64,000 bases of DNA from Selaginella moellendorffii (lineage: Eukaryota; Plantae; Lycopodiophyta). Position 1 is the stretch's first letter; the number at the start of each line of letters is the position of its first letter. The DNA is taken from assembly GCF_000143415.4 (NCBI RefSeq), contig NW_003314365.1, positions 509,181 to 573,180 on the forward strand. Direction: 5' to 3'. Positions 10,066 through 23,158 of the stretch are shown here, in pieces. A program made the translations under genes and the position numbers. Below the pieces are notes generated by a model that did not search any database, had not been told where the DNA came from, and saw only the letters and a program-made list of their open reading frames with translations.

Positions 10066-10130
10066 CTTGTTTAAAATAAAATGGCATGTGCCTCAATGCA
10101 GTTGAATTTTGTTATATTTATATACTATAT

Positions 10131-10491
10131 AAAGGTTTGGAAACCTTATTTTACAAGTGGGATAATGACAATTCCCACTTTAACGAAATAGAGCTTAGAT
10201 GGAGTAGTGGAATCGAGATAGAGACAGTGTCTTTAACAGATTTAGTGAGAACTAAAAAAAGAAAAAGTGAGAACCACCACAAGTGGTCCAATTAGTCTTT
10301 AAGTTGGAGAGACTATCCTCCTTAGAGATGGGCAAGGCAAGGTGAGCCTTTGGTATCAAACCATTGACGAATATTGGCGAGGTGCCAAGAATGAAAAGAG
10401 TAATACAAGTTGGTGTTACTTTATAAAATAGTTTATCGTTCGATGAGGACATCGAACTTTGTCTATGGGTGGTGGAGTTGTGAGACACAAA
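10131..10491 (+). mobile_element. Fragment of long-LTR retrotransposon family A: 3' internal region, PPT and first 13 bp of LTR
   Basis: Homologous to the reverse complement of about 58970-59300. PPT GGGTGGTGGAGT is followed by TGTGAGACACAAA at 10479. Confidence 0.75.
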
Positions 10492-11700
10492 TGTAAGGAA
10501 CCAACTCCCTGAGGTGTCGTAGGCTAAAGGATCCCCGAAAGCATGACCGAAATGACAAAGAGTTCATCAGATGGGACTGAGTCTGAGATCGAGTCCAAGA
10601 CCGACTCTAAGATCGAGTTCGAGATGGAGTCCGGAGTCGAGTCCAAGGCTGACTTGGAGACCGAGTTCGAGACCGAGTCCGAAATCAAGTCCAAAGTCAA
10701 GTCCTAGATCGGGTCCGACATTGAGTCCGAAATCGAGTCCGAGACCAAATCCGAAGTCGGGTCTGAGATCGAATCCAAGATCGAGTTCGAGACTGAGTCC
10801 AAGTACTAATACAGGTCAAGGGGTGAAAGCCCAAAGTGTGCGCGTCTCCCAAAGGGGGGGGGGGGGGGGGGCTGCAGGGGGTTCCAAAAGTATAGTAGGG
10901 ATAGTGAGGTTCAGAAACCAGTCTTGAAGGAACTCTCCAGTGGTGCTTCCAAACTGACTTGAGGTTGAGACTGGGGCCGAGGCGTCTTGGGTGGGAGTGA
11001 GCATGGACTCGGGTGGTGCCGGAGGGGCCACCCACGGAAGTGCTCAAGAGCAGCTCCCACTTCCGAAGGGGAAACCGACTGCGGTGCTCTCGGCTCATGT
11101 GGAGTGGTGCCCCACTTGAGTACCTTGTGGCTCATTAGTCCTCGCCCTTCCTAGGGGCTTGGGCCTTCCCTTCAAGATGGAAGTGGGAGGGTAGAGGTAC
11201 CCATACCGGGCTGTTATGTCACGGTGTTTTGCCCTGGCGTCCCGAAGCAAGTATTGCACCCAAGACTTGGGATTTAGAGGGTCCCATGATCAAGTCTTGT
11301 GGTATCAAGGGATGTTAGGAACCTGGAGGCTTGGTGTGCTTGGCTGCTTATGCTTGTGGGGAGTGTAGCTGAACCTTAAGTCCAGTCTAACCCGGGGACA
11401 AGGATTGGGAAAGATTTGGGAATCTGTGGATGGATGGCTAATGCTCCGTTGCTCGTGTAATGAGTAGCTGAAACCAAGTAGGACCAAGTAGGAGCTGGTA
11501 CCATAGGCGGGGACCTTGGTGAGGGAACATAGCAAAAGCCAAAGTAGTGTGGGATGGATAGACGAGGTAAGTTGGCAAATTGGAAAGGAAAAATTTGTGG
11601 CTTACACCCAAATATCCCAAGACCCTTAACCAATTAAAAAAAAGGGTGCACTTTTGTTCATGGGACCTTTCCCTCTATATTTGAACCCCTATAGATCGTC
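10492..11700 (+). mobile_element. LTR family B copy nested in the family A LTR
   Basis: Starts TGTAAGGAAC, nearly identical to 63718 onward. Contains a GAGTCC/GAGACC hexamer array. PBS-like TGGTATCAAG near 11300. Right boundary approximate. Confidence 0.65.
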
Positions 11701-14700
11701 TCTCGAATCATTCCTTTTGGTTGGTTACATTCAAATGAGATTTATGATTATTGTTTAATGAGACTTGGTTATAGGCTTTTTCAAACTTTTGGTTTTTTGA
11801 GTTTTATATTTATTATTTCATTTGTTATGAGTTATTAAGGAAGGTATTTTTGAGTCATTAGCTTCAATATTGAAGTTAGTATTTGCATATAGAAATTATT
11901 GGTGATGACTAAATGTCATTAGAGATAGTTGATTATCCTTGTTAAAGGTTTTCTCTTAATTATTATTGATATAAAATGATTTGCCATTCTTTAGGATTGT
12001 AAATTCTTTATTCAACAATGATTATGCACTTTTTTATTGATAGAATGATATCAAAGTAGGGATATAGAAAGTGGATATGGATTACACTATTTTAGATATA
12101 GCAGGATTTAATGTAATATTTGGGATAGATTAGTTCAATTAGTTTCTAGTAGCCTTGCATGGATAAGGCAAAACCCTGATGGTATTAGTGAATGCCCAAG
12201 GAAAATGATCTAGAGTGGATGGACACCATTGTGTTTAGGACAATCTTTACATTCCGTAAATATGCCAAATGAGAAAATCTAGACACTTTCCATAAATAAC
12301 ATTTGGGGCCGAAATGAGACTAACACAAAGGGCATGATAGCGAGGAGTTTAGTAGACATGGAAAGCTGTCATCCAGCAATATTGAGGGACTAATCTCAAT
12401 ATGCGAGGGTTTTTGTCAAGCCAGTGCAAGACAGAGCAAAAGAAAACTAACAAGCTAGGCCGAGTATGCTCAGCTAAATAGACACTTCAGAATTCCTTCC
12501 TTATGCTCATCTGGCCAAGTACAGATGTTAAACCCAGTTTACTAACACTTGAACAAGAGGAATTAATAAAGGGTCCAGCTATACTAACCTCCTACCGTCG
12601 TGGCAGTAATGAAAGAGTGTCTATAAGAACTGGTTGATAGGTAACTTTAGATACCTGAAGTCACATTTGCGACACTCTACCCCCCTTAGGGAAGATCGAT
12701 GTCTTCGTCTATACATACTCCAGTCTAAAGCACCGCCAAGGAAACAACTCTAGAAAAATTTCACGGTGTTCATACTATGTGAGAAATGCATCAACTTAAA
12801 TGAGTTAGGGTAACCTCTTTGTCTAATGCAGATGCGCTATCAACTCAGACACCTTCCGGCCATTGCCAACAAGGAAATGACCAATGGAGTTGGCCACCGT
12901 TGCTGCTCTGGGTGTCACCCAGCTTACAAAAGTGTGATACACCCCTACCCACAAGGACATAGAGAGAGAAGCCAGAGGCCCCAACCCTCATGAGCAAAAA
13001 CATCAAACCTGTCAGTAAAGTTTAAATAGACTACTGTAAACAGGCAATTAGAGTTGTTTACATGGTCACGCCCTTTTAACAAAATAAGGAACATCGACAG
13101 AGAGGCGGGTTATATGACCAATCGACAGTAGCTACCCTATGACTAGAGATTTTACCATACACATGAAGTGCCAAAGCCAGTCTACCTATACTAGCCCAAA
13201 TTCAAAGATCAAAATAGATGCTTAATATCAAAGTCACAAACAATGACATCTTAGAGCCTTAATTATCAGTGAATAAAGCTTAGTTTAGAACACAAAAGTA
13301 TTCCAAGTAAGTTATCACCCAATAAACCATTATCAAAGTATGAAAACCTCCAAGATTACTATAGTTAAAAAATATAGGATTCCTTATCCAACAAANNNNN
13401 NNNNNNNNNNNNNNNNNNNNNNNNNNNNNNNNNNNNNNNNNNNNNNNNNNNNNNNNNNNNNNNNNNNNNNNNNNNNNNNNNNNNNNNNNNNNNNNATTAA
13501 AACAAATGGAATGATAGTCAACAACATAGAATGAATGCCGTACTAATAACAAACACTCATTCATACCAACTATCACACTTAGCCAATCTAAATAAATCCC
13601 AGTCAACAATATGGAAGAACCTAAGTTGCTTTTAGCAAGCGTCAACAACATCCTACCGATGTCTCAAACCCAAGAGACCAATCCAAAGCAAACCATAAAG
13701 AACATGTAGTAATGCAAAAAGCCAAAAGCTATCAAAGAGAGCAACTAACCATTATGGAAAATCATCAATCATTCCATTAATAGAGAGATGCATAATCATC
13801 ATTGAAGAAAGAATCCACCATCCCGAAGAATAGCAAATCATTCTAGATCAACAATAATCAAGCAAAACCTCTAACAAGGATAATTAATTATACTAGATGA
13901 TAGTCAATCATCAACAATGATTACTAGATGCAAATACTAACTTCAACATTGAAGATAATGAGAAAAAATGCCTTCCCTAACAACTTTTAACAAATGGAAC
14001 AATGAGCATAAAAAGTCAAGGAACTAAAAGCTCGAAGAAGTTTATAGCTAAGTCTTGCATAATAATAATCATGAGTTTTGTATAAACTAACTTCAATGCT
14101 AAAGAAGAAATCATGGCACAACCCACAATATCCTCCTTAACACATCCATAAGCTAAATTTCATAATGCAAAGCTAATAAAGAGCACATTTGCATCAATCC
14201 AAAAGCTAAGCACAATGGAGCTATACTCAACAAGTAATCACCAAACTGATGCTCCATGAATCCATCTATAGTAGGACATAACTCACTTCGTAACAAGCAC
14301 AAGAAAAATTATCAATGATCGATATATCCCAACTAAAATCCAACAAGGATTCAATCACTTCAATATCGATCACTAACTCTTTCTCTTGTAAAGCTAGTAT
14401 AATTCATGACTAAATCACTTTTTAAGGAAAAGCTAAAACTCAACCTCTACTAAACAATCTCGTCTCAAACACAACTAAGTCAACTTGCCACTTAGTTCAT
14501 TTGAACGTCTATATATTTGTTAACTAGCAAATACATGAATGCTAACTACACAAAGCTACAGCCCAAGTATCAACACTATCTTCATCAACACTAATGAAAC
14601 TCAATATCAATCCTAAGGAGAGACATCTTATTTCACTTGTATCTCAATATCAATAATATCAACGACAAAACATCACTCCATTACCATCAACACCATGACA

Positions 14701-16094
14701 AAACTAAAAGAAAGCAAGAGTGAATCACCACTCAAAACTCTGTAGCGACCAAGCTAACCAAAGTTGAAGATACTTTAGTCAGTATCTGAGATCAATCCTT
14801 CAACAATACTCAGTTTCAGATAACATATCATCAAGGAGTGATTCACCACGTCCAAGACTCAATAAAATCCAACACTACGAACTAAACGCAACCAAATGAT
14901 ATCGATAGAAGTAGAGTTGACATGCCAACATGGAAAACCCATGTAAATCTAATGACATAGTCCTCGACAAAGTTTACAAGTAACTATTAATTGCAATAAT
15001 TACTCTTCAACTTGCCTTCACAAGACCCAACACTAAACTCATATCATCGAGTTATATACTCATCCAACATGAATGTAATACCTCAAGTAGGAGACAAAGT
15101 TCATGGACAAGCATAACTAAATGACCACTCTAATCCAACTCAACTACAATAAGCTCACCAATGCATTTAGCCACTAGCTCTGAGTATACTTTGAAGAGGC
15201 TAGCTATGCATAATCAACACTTAGTTGAAACTAAAGTGAAGACCATAAGATGGACTCACATCGGTACACAACCTCCTCATAGACAAAGCTATAGTACAGG
15301 TATCAACATCTTAACCTTAAACAATTAAGTTAGACATCACCATCCCTAGCCAAGGTGCAAGGCTACCAAGACCAAATCAAGATCAGTGAGAGCTCACTAC
15401 TCTTATAAAATCTTAATGAAATGCAAGGTGCAACCTACCATCAAACACAACACTACAAAGAAAAGCACAAGGGTCACTTTTCTACAAAAGCGTAATGGCC
15501 ACTTTTCTACCTTTTCTACACCAACTCCAAACTCTATCCAACTCAATTACCTTAGCCCCAAAAGTTAGCATCCTTTTCGGGTTGCATCATACAAACTACC
15601 TACTAATGTTTAAGCCAATCCAAGTCACCTCCAACCCCCTCACTAGTTTGTACTGGCTTATGAAAATAGAATGGTTTTGAGTAGAGTGATCAACAGATCA
15701 GCCATTGAAAAATTCTAGAAATTTTGTGGAAAATTTTCCATCCTAGAGAAAGAATGACTCTCAATCTAGAAATGCAAACTTTCAAAACTCAACCAACTTC
15801 CTCCTGCTAACAACTTCACATAGGTTCACCTTACCACAAATTCTCAAGACCTAATTCATCCCAATGCTAGGATAGCATGCAAAACGGAGCTAAACAAAGT
15901 CTAGTGTTATCTCAGCATATTGATGGCCTAATGCAAGGACATGGGTACTCCACCAACTAGTATGGTGTGGAGCTTGGGCTTAGACCCAAGCTAGACGCAA
16001 AAAAAGACAAACACACAAGCAGGAGCTAGACTATGCCTCAAATTGGTTAGCCATGCCTGACCTACCCATTATTCCCTACTATACATTTGGAGCC
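11700..16094. repeat. Highly decayed AT-rich repeat family fragments
   Basis: 11760-12050 is the inverted homologue of 13770-14060. About 14600-15850 is the inverted homologue of about 29100-30370. No intact ORFs. Confidence 0.55.
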
Positions 16095-17015
16095 NNNNNN
16101 NNNNNNNNNNNNNNNNNNNNNNNNNNNNNNNNNNNNNNNNNNNNNNNNNNNNNNNNNNNNNNNNNNNNNNNNNNNNNNNNNNNNNNNNNNNNNNAAAGGG
16201 GGGTAAAAAAATTTTTGGTTTTTTTCCGCAAATGGGGGGCTTAATGAAAGGGAAGGGGGTTCCCCCCAATTATTTTGGGGGGGGGTTGGGGCTTTGCCCC
16301 CCCCTGGCGCCAAAAAAGAGAAAACCCCCCGGGGGGGGGTGGGTTTTCCCCCAAATGGGTTAGCCCCCCCGGCCCCCCCCATTTTTCCCTTTAAAACTTG
16401 GGGGGCCCCGGAAGGGGGAAACCCCCTCCCCCCCCCCCCCCCCCCACCCCTAGGAACACATGCTTTGAGCTTTCACCCCAAGCCTTCCTTAGTATCAGGA
16501 GTTTGTGGGACAAGCTTGAAACTTACTAAATATAGAATGTCCCTAGATTGCAAATTTGGACACGAGACAAACACCATTGTGTTCAGGATAATCTCTACAT
16601 TCATCCAAATGAGCAATCTAAACACTTTCCATAAATAGCATTTGGAATCGAAATGAGCATAACACAAAGAGCATGATAGCGAGGGTGTTTGGCAAATATG
16701 GTAAGCTATCATCCAGCGATATTGAGGGACTAGTCTCAATACACGATGGTTCTTATCAAGCCAGTGCAAGACAGTGCAAAAGAAAACTAACAAGCCGGGC
16801 CGAGTATGCTCAACTAAATAGACACTTAAGAATTCCTTCTTTATGCTCATCCGGCCAAGTACAGATGCTAAGCCCAGTTTACTAACACTTGAACAAAAGG
16901 GACTGATAAAGGGTCTAGCAATACCAACCTCCTACCGTCATGGCAATAAGGAAAGCGTGTCCATAAGGATTGGCCGACAGGTAACTTTTGATACCTGAAG
17001 TCACATTTGCAACAC
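12190..17015. repeat. About 480-bp diverged direct repeat pair (12190-12680 and 16530-17015)
   Basis: Shared sequence from ACACCATTGTGTT through ...GATACCTGAAGTCACATTTGC in both copies. Confidence 0.8.
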
Positions 17016-17089
17016 TTGAGCTGCTCTTGAGCACTTCCTTGGGTGGCCTCTCTAACACCACTAGAGTCCACGCTCCCTCCCACCAAAGG

Positions 17090-20000
17090 CCCCTAACCCC
17101 CAATCTCAACCTCAAGTTAATTTAAAAGCATCACTAGAGAACTCTTTCAAAATTGGTTCCTAGACCTCACTATCCCTACTATGCTTTCGAACCCAATCTC
17201 AAATCTTAGACTTGGTCTTAAACTCAGTCTCAAACTCAATCTCGAACTTAGCCTTAGACTCGGTCTCGAACTCGTCTCAAACTCCATCTTAGAGTCAATC
17301 TCGAACTTGTTCTAAGATTTGCCCTCATCTAATAAACTTTTTATCATTCCAATCATGGTTTCAGTGATCTTTTAGCCTACAACACCTTGGGGAGTTGGTT
17401 CTTTACAACTCCACCACCCATAGAAGTTTAATGCCTACATTGAACATTGCTTTTTAATTTTATGACTTTTTGACTATGTCTTTAAAGGCATCCCCCCATT
17501 TAGAGGTGTGACTAAGTCAACCTCCCCAACTAAGAGCCCATGACAATGGGATATAAATGTCCCTATACCCCTCACCTCACCACACCCTAGTATAGGGTTG
17601 GGACTTGAACCTAGGCTTGCTTTATTAAAGGGTTGGGAAAATTTCTATAGAATATATCTATGAATTTGACATCTTTGCAGGGAGTCAAGTGTACCTTCCT
17701 ATGGCTGGTCAACCTAGCTAACCCATGGTAATTAGCTTACCTTCGACTTAAGAATTCCTTCAAAACTGAACCTCACTATCCCTACTATACTTTTGGAACC
17801 CTCTACAGCCTTTACAGGTCTCAAATTCGATCTCAGACTCAGTCTCAAACTCGATCTCAGACTCAGTCTTGAACTTGGTCTTGGAGTCAATCTTGGACTC
17901 GGTCTCATCCGATGAACTCTTTATCATTCTGTCTTTACATCTACTTTAGTAACTTAACCACATGTTTGACTACTTGGAGGAGTCTCACTCATAGCCTCCA
18001 TAGGTCCTCATCTCAACTTCGGGTATTTCCTAGCTTCCAATTGTGTTCTCATAGCCACACTGACCTTGCACTTGGTTCAAGCTCTCCATATGTTCAATCC
18101 TACTTTAGGCACCTAAAGGTACCACCAATATACCAACCTCTTACACTAAGGCTATGATCGTTCTCATATCTCATTGGTAGTATAAGACCACCTATACTAG
18201 GGTCTTGTCTTTCCATGACTAGGCCATCCATCCATGAGTGGTCATCCCATGACCACACTTGAGCATCCATAAGATGTCTCAAGATACAAGGAATACCATT
18301 CCCTAATATGTGCTTTTTCATCCCTACCAAGTCTTTCTCCATCTATGGTAGTGCTCGTAAACACCACCATGGCCCAAAGGCCCATCCACTAAGTCCCACT
18401 AACCTTTTGGACTATGTAATGATAGCTTTGGTCACCAAGTAAGAGGACCACTCTTGCTTTCTATGGTCCATGACTTTAAGATGACATTTTAAAACACTGC
18501 AGCCTAATGTGAGCCTCATGGGTACTCCCCCACCTTACACCACTAGGGTGCCCCAGCCATGTGGCTAGAGTGATGTTCTGATAAGCCATGTATGGTATCC
18601 AAGTAGGTAGTGCCACCCACACTTGGATTAGGAGTATTGACGATTGAATCTCTTAGGGGAGTTAAAGCTAGCTCTTAAATATTTCACCAAGTTAACTCAC
18701 TTTTCCATTTGTGTTCACTCTAGCCTTAAACTCCTTGATGGTTATATCATCACCCACCACATGAGTGTAGTCTTAATTGGTCACACTAACCTTTCCTAGC
18801 TAAACTGGTTCCACTATAATCCTCACCCTATTATCCCATAAGGACTCACCAAACCCCTCAAGGTTTGGGAGGCAATTGCTTTGGGCTTTCACCCTTGTAC
18901 TTGGACTTGGACTCAGACTCGAACTCAAACCCAATCTCAGTCTCGCTCTTGATCTCCATCTTGGACTCCATCTCAGACTCCTTTTTGAACTCCATGTTAG
19001 ACTCTATCTGAGACTCCATTTCGAACTCCTTCTTAAACTCCATCTCGAACTCAGTCCCAACACTTTTATATGTCAATCCCTCTTATGTCCCTTTCTAAAG
19101 ACTCACTTATTGATTACTTCATACTAGTTCCTCGACCACTTCTTTGGGAGTTTCACTCCAGCTTTTGACTTTCTGAGTTAAAGTTTTTAGTCTAAACATG
19201 TTACGCTCGTTGGACTTTTGCTTTGGCCACTACCACGTGGCACTCTTTTGGCCCCAAATTGGACTTAGGGATTTGTGTCTTATACAAGTCCATGACTGGG
19301 TTTGAGACCAAGACAAAGACCAAGACTAAGACCGAATCTGAGTTTAAAGTTGAGATTGAGTTTGAGACTAGGTCTTATACTGGGATCAAAACCAAGACCA
19401 AGTCTAAGTCCAAGTCCAAGTCTGAGAGTGAAAGCCCAAAATTATTGTCTCTCTCCAGATGGACAAATAGGGTTTTTGATGAAGTTTTCAAGAGCTAGCT
19501 CTAACTCTTGTAGTCGATGCTCCTAATCCAAATATGGGTGGTATTACCTACTTAGATACCTTGTGTGGCTTATTGGAACCTCACTTTAGCCACATAGCTT
19601 GGCAGAAGGTTAGGGGAATACTCACAAGACTCATATTAGGCTGCAGTGTTTTAAAATATCATTCCAAAATCCTTGACTATAGGAAGGAAGAGGAGTTGCC
19701 CTCTTGCTTTATAACCAAGGGTATGGTTACATGGTGAGGATGTCTCAGAGGTTAGTGGAATTTAATGGATGGGCCTTTGAGCCTTGAACTAATGGCTGTA
19801 TTAGCAAGCACTGCCATGGATAGAGAAAGACTTTGTTTGAATCAAAGAAAGGATATTGGGGATGGTGTTCCTTATGCCATTAAGGATGCTAATGTGTGGT
19901 CATACAATGGAATCCTCCTTGAACTTGATCTCCAACTCTATCTTAAATTCCATCTTGGACTCTATCTTAGACTCCATCTTGAACTCGGTCTTAGACCCGA

Positions 20001-20370
20001 TCTCAACACTTCCATGTGTCATGACGCTTGCCATATGTCAATTATTCTTTTCTCCTTTTTCTTAAAACTTGCTTACTGATTGTTTCATGCTCGTTCCTTG
20101 AACACTTCTTTGCGAGTTCCACTCTTGCTCTCAAATTTCCAGGTCCAAGCTTTTGGTCTAAATGTGTTACACTCATTGAATTTCCACCTTGGCCACTACC
20201 ACATGAATCATCTTCGATTGCACTTTGGGACTTAGGGATTTGTGTCTTACAAAGGGGTGATTTAGTGAAGTATTTAAGAGCTGGCTCTAACTCCCCAAAA
20301 GATCAAATGGTTAATGCCCCTAATCCAGTGTGGGCACTACCTACTTGAATACCTTGTGTGGACACATTCA
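17090..20370. mobile_element. Cluster of decayed family A/B LTR fragments in both orientations
   Basis: Hexamer/12-mer arrays (GACTCCATCT, GAGTCC), the GAAAGCCCAAAG core and ACCACTTGGAGGAGTCTCACTC-type segments shared with 57312-58981. Confidence 0.7.
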
Positions 20371-21232
20371 AGCAAGCAAAGATGTTAAGAGGAGTCCCTG
20401 CAAAGAGAGCACAAGCAACAAATGGAAGAAGAGCATCACTTGTACATCTTTTACATCTTTTTCTTTCTAAATATATACATCTCTTTCTCGTCATAAAGAA
20501 AACCTGGAGAAGTATCTGGAGGAACTGAAGGCCAGGCTTTGTGAAGTTTCAACCAAGGTAGACCAAAGAAAACAGTAGAAGGTTTGCACAAGCAATGGCC
20601 ATGGTACTGTAGTTGCAGACTGGCGGTCAAAGTGAAAGGCTGAATGCCGTGTAGAGAGAACAAATGAAACTCTTAATGCAAGAAACCTTTGATGGGGGAA
20701 AGGATGAAGATACTTTGGCATGAATGATGAAGATTGGCATATGTATAAGCAAATGGACAGAGACTACAAAGAAGAAGTAGAAGAAGATGTAGATAAAGAT
20801 GAAGCAGAACTCGGTCATCTAACCTCGAGACTGAAGGTATATCACTTTCGTCACTACTTATTGTTTTCCCTTTCTAACTGCTTTACTTCCAGGAAATTGA
20901 TCTTTCATATACTTCAGTGCCACCACCAGGACCGTAGGAAATAGTGCCAGAGTTTGTAATAAAATGGCCTCTTACCAACGAATAGGACTTGGTGTGGAAT
21001 AATTAAGAGAGAGTCTTCCAGCCCTTGATGGTCAGTGCAGATCAGGCAGGAGTGGGAGAAATGGCATCCATTGCCATGAGGAGACTGCCAGACTAACTCG
21101 TCAGCCAAGTTATGGATTGGACGATTCTACTCACAGGTGGAAACTGCGAGTTTGATGGATTTAACAAGAGGATGTTCTTGGAGAGATCAATCACTGGGCT
21201 CTCTTATCAGAGTGGTGCAAGCAGCAGACCGG
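20370..21232 (+). pseudogene. ARP5: Actin-related protein 5 (INO80 subunit) gene fragment with stops and frameshifts, introns retained
   Basis: Conceptual translation: KENLEKYLEELKAR...REQMKLL...FDGGKDEDT-FGMNDEDWHMYKQM...DEAELGHLTSRLK|EID...DQAGVGEMASIAMRRLP...ILLTGG. This matches the C-terminal half of plant ARP5 as I recall it. Confidence 0.8.
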
Positions 21233-23132
21233 TAAGTAGAATCATATGATGAGGAATAAAAGTGACTTAAGCTGATACAAAACAAGCTGCAGTCTGTGTT
21301 TGCATCCGGTAGTTTCTTTAGTTTGTTTTCACATGTTTACACAGCAGATTTAAAAGATGAGTCACTATTTTAGTGGTTCATGGCATTTATTTCACTAATG
21401 TAGTGTTCATTCTCACTGTTGACATTCGTAAAGACAATTTCCTACAAGTCACAATTGATTCTAATGCATCCAATGGTATATAGTATAAGAAAAATTGATA
21501 AACAGGTCATGTACATGAAATGTGGAAGCTTGGTGGATTCTCAACCAGCTTTGACAAGATGGCTTGCCACAGCACCGTGTCATAGATGTTGCTGATGCTG
21601 GGATTGGGAGGTGGTTCTGGAGCTGTTTGTTTGTGATGGATTTGCCATAAGCCTCTCCACAGTGCTCAAGTTGTGTGGGAGCCTGGTGGATGTGTGGCTT
21701 GGAGAAGGAGAGGATCACTCCCAGGCGTGTAGAACCGTGTCAAACTCAGTAAAAGTTTGTGGAATCTGACTTTGTTCTTGTGTCAAGATTTCAGGATAAA
21801 TACAACATAGAGAATAGGCCTTGGCCTTTCTTTAGAGGGCTTGACTACTAAGATCTACGAGGCATAGAACATACTTAAATTCATCACATTTGTTTCTGTT
21901 ATTTTCAACTGCAGATGACTGCTCAGAATCTTCTCAAATAATTCAAATTCTCTGCTTGAGAAAGTCGTGATTGCAACAAACACAAGCCGCCTGGATTACT
22001 GTCAAGATTGGATCGTGAGTTAAAAGCTTTTGGATAGATTTCTTTCACTATTTTTTGCAGGATTGGCACTGAAACAAAGTGGCATAGACAATGAGGTAGC
22101 CAATGAACTTACATGTGACTCAAGTTGTGTAGTTTACTATATATAATACTAAGATATATGTGAAACATCACCTACTCGAGAAACTTGGGGAAGGTGAGTA
22201 TGACACACTTCCTCTTCATAGTGGCCTCCCACACCTCACTTCCATCATCAGTAGTACGGGATGAGTGAGAACGAACGAAATGCCTTTAAAAGAATTGAAG
22301 AATAGACAGATTTACATAACATATAATATGTATAAGATGAGCGTCTCTAGCAAAGTTCTCCAATTGTACCTTGAAGCATTGTTCAAAAAAATGCAAAGAG
22401 TAAGACAAGCATCCAGATGACCATTGTGTTTGTGGTGCCATAAAAGAAGAGGATCTGCTAAGTGACTTGTGAAACCTTTCTGAGCCACCCAAATTCGACA
22501 ACACTTGTGCCATAACAATCCTCTTCTAATGTTTTCTGATCAGACAAGTTCCATCAAGGAACTTGGATTCATGATTGGAGTTTAGAATATTTACAGGAGT
22601 AGTGACAACAGAAGTAAGTGAAGATTTTTTTTCTAGATTCTTGAGAGTCCAGAGCTGGTTGCCAGAATCTGGTAATTGAACTTTTATTATTATAGATGTA
22701 TACTCTTTCTTTTGGTTTTGAAGGTATGCTTAATAAACTTAGTTGCAAAGACTTATGAAGAGCTCATTGAATTGCTAAAAGACTTACTGGTGGTGGGGAG
22801 GATCTTTGCCAATAATGTCTTCTCTCTTCTATGCGGCTAGAGTGGATGCAAGTGCTTAGAAGCTGCATTTTGCACCTGCAAAGTTTCTGTGACCAACTTA
22901 CTTGGACTGTTGAATTACACTCCTTTAGACATGGCTCTCTCTTTTCTTTTCTTTTTTTGACCAAAGAAAAGGCTACCTAAGACGCCACCAAGTCTCATTA
23001 CCGGGAGAACCACCAAGTCTCATTACAGGGAAAATCACCATAAATCATTGTTCTATTATTTTATTTTTTAAAAATCTGTTGTTCTAACCCAAAGTATGTA
23101 TGATTACATTTTTTTCATATTGAAAACATTTT

Positions 23133-23158
23133 CTGGTGGAGCTGGGATCCCTGCTATA
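23133..23158 (+). mobile_element. Degenerate Helitron-like 3' end
   Basis: CTGGTGGAGCTGGGATCCCTGCTAT resembles the termini at 35793-35819 and 44391-44417. Confidence 0.35.

Larger units (their letters stand above)
1485..10102. repeat. Dispersed 22-bp palindrome family, consensus ATGGCRTGWGGCCTCAYGCCAT, about 20 copies
   Basis: Copies start at 1485, 1555, 1591, 1761, 1859, 2471, 2546, 3376, 3455, 4166, 4243, 4303, 5580, 7079, 7220, 7411, 8637, 8712, 9789 and 10081. The copies at 1761 and 8637 are perfect palindromes; several others are degenerate. Confidence 0.92.
1..10130. mobile_element. Putative DNA transposon-like element: divergent transposase-like gene and large cargo gene; left end outside the window, right end cut by an LTR fragment
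   Basis: Transposase-like ORF on the minus strand and a divergent multi-exon gene. A shared 22-bp palindrome runs from 1485 to 10102, and I did not see it elsewhere in the window. The sequence switches to LTR-type at about 10131. No terminal repeats visible. Confidence 0.7.

Noticed and set aside
1485-10102. Palindromic repeats as a CRISPR array
   Set aside because: Spacing is highly irregular (14 bp to more than 1 kb), copies sit in spliceosomal introns and exons, there are no cas genes, and the context is eukaryotic.
16195-16450. Unusual homopolymer-rich G/C segment and its ORFs
   Set aside because: It lies next to a gap and looks like a low-quality read end of an LTR sequence.
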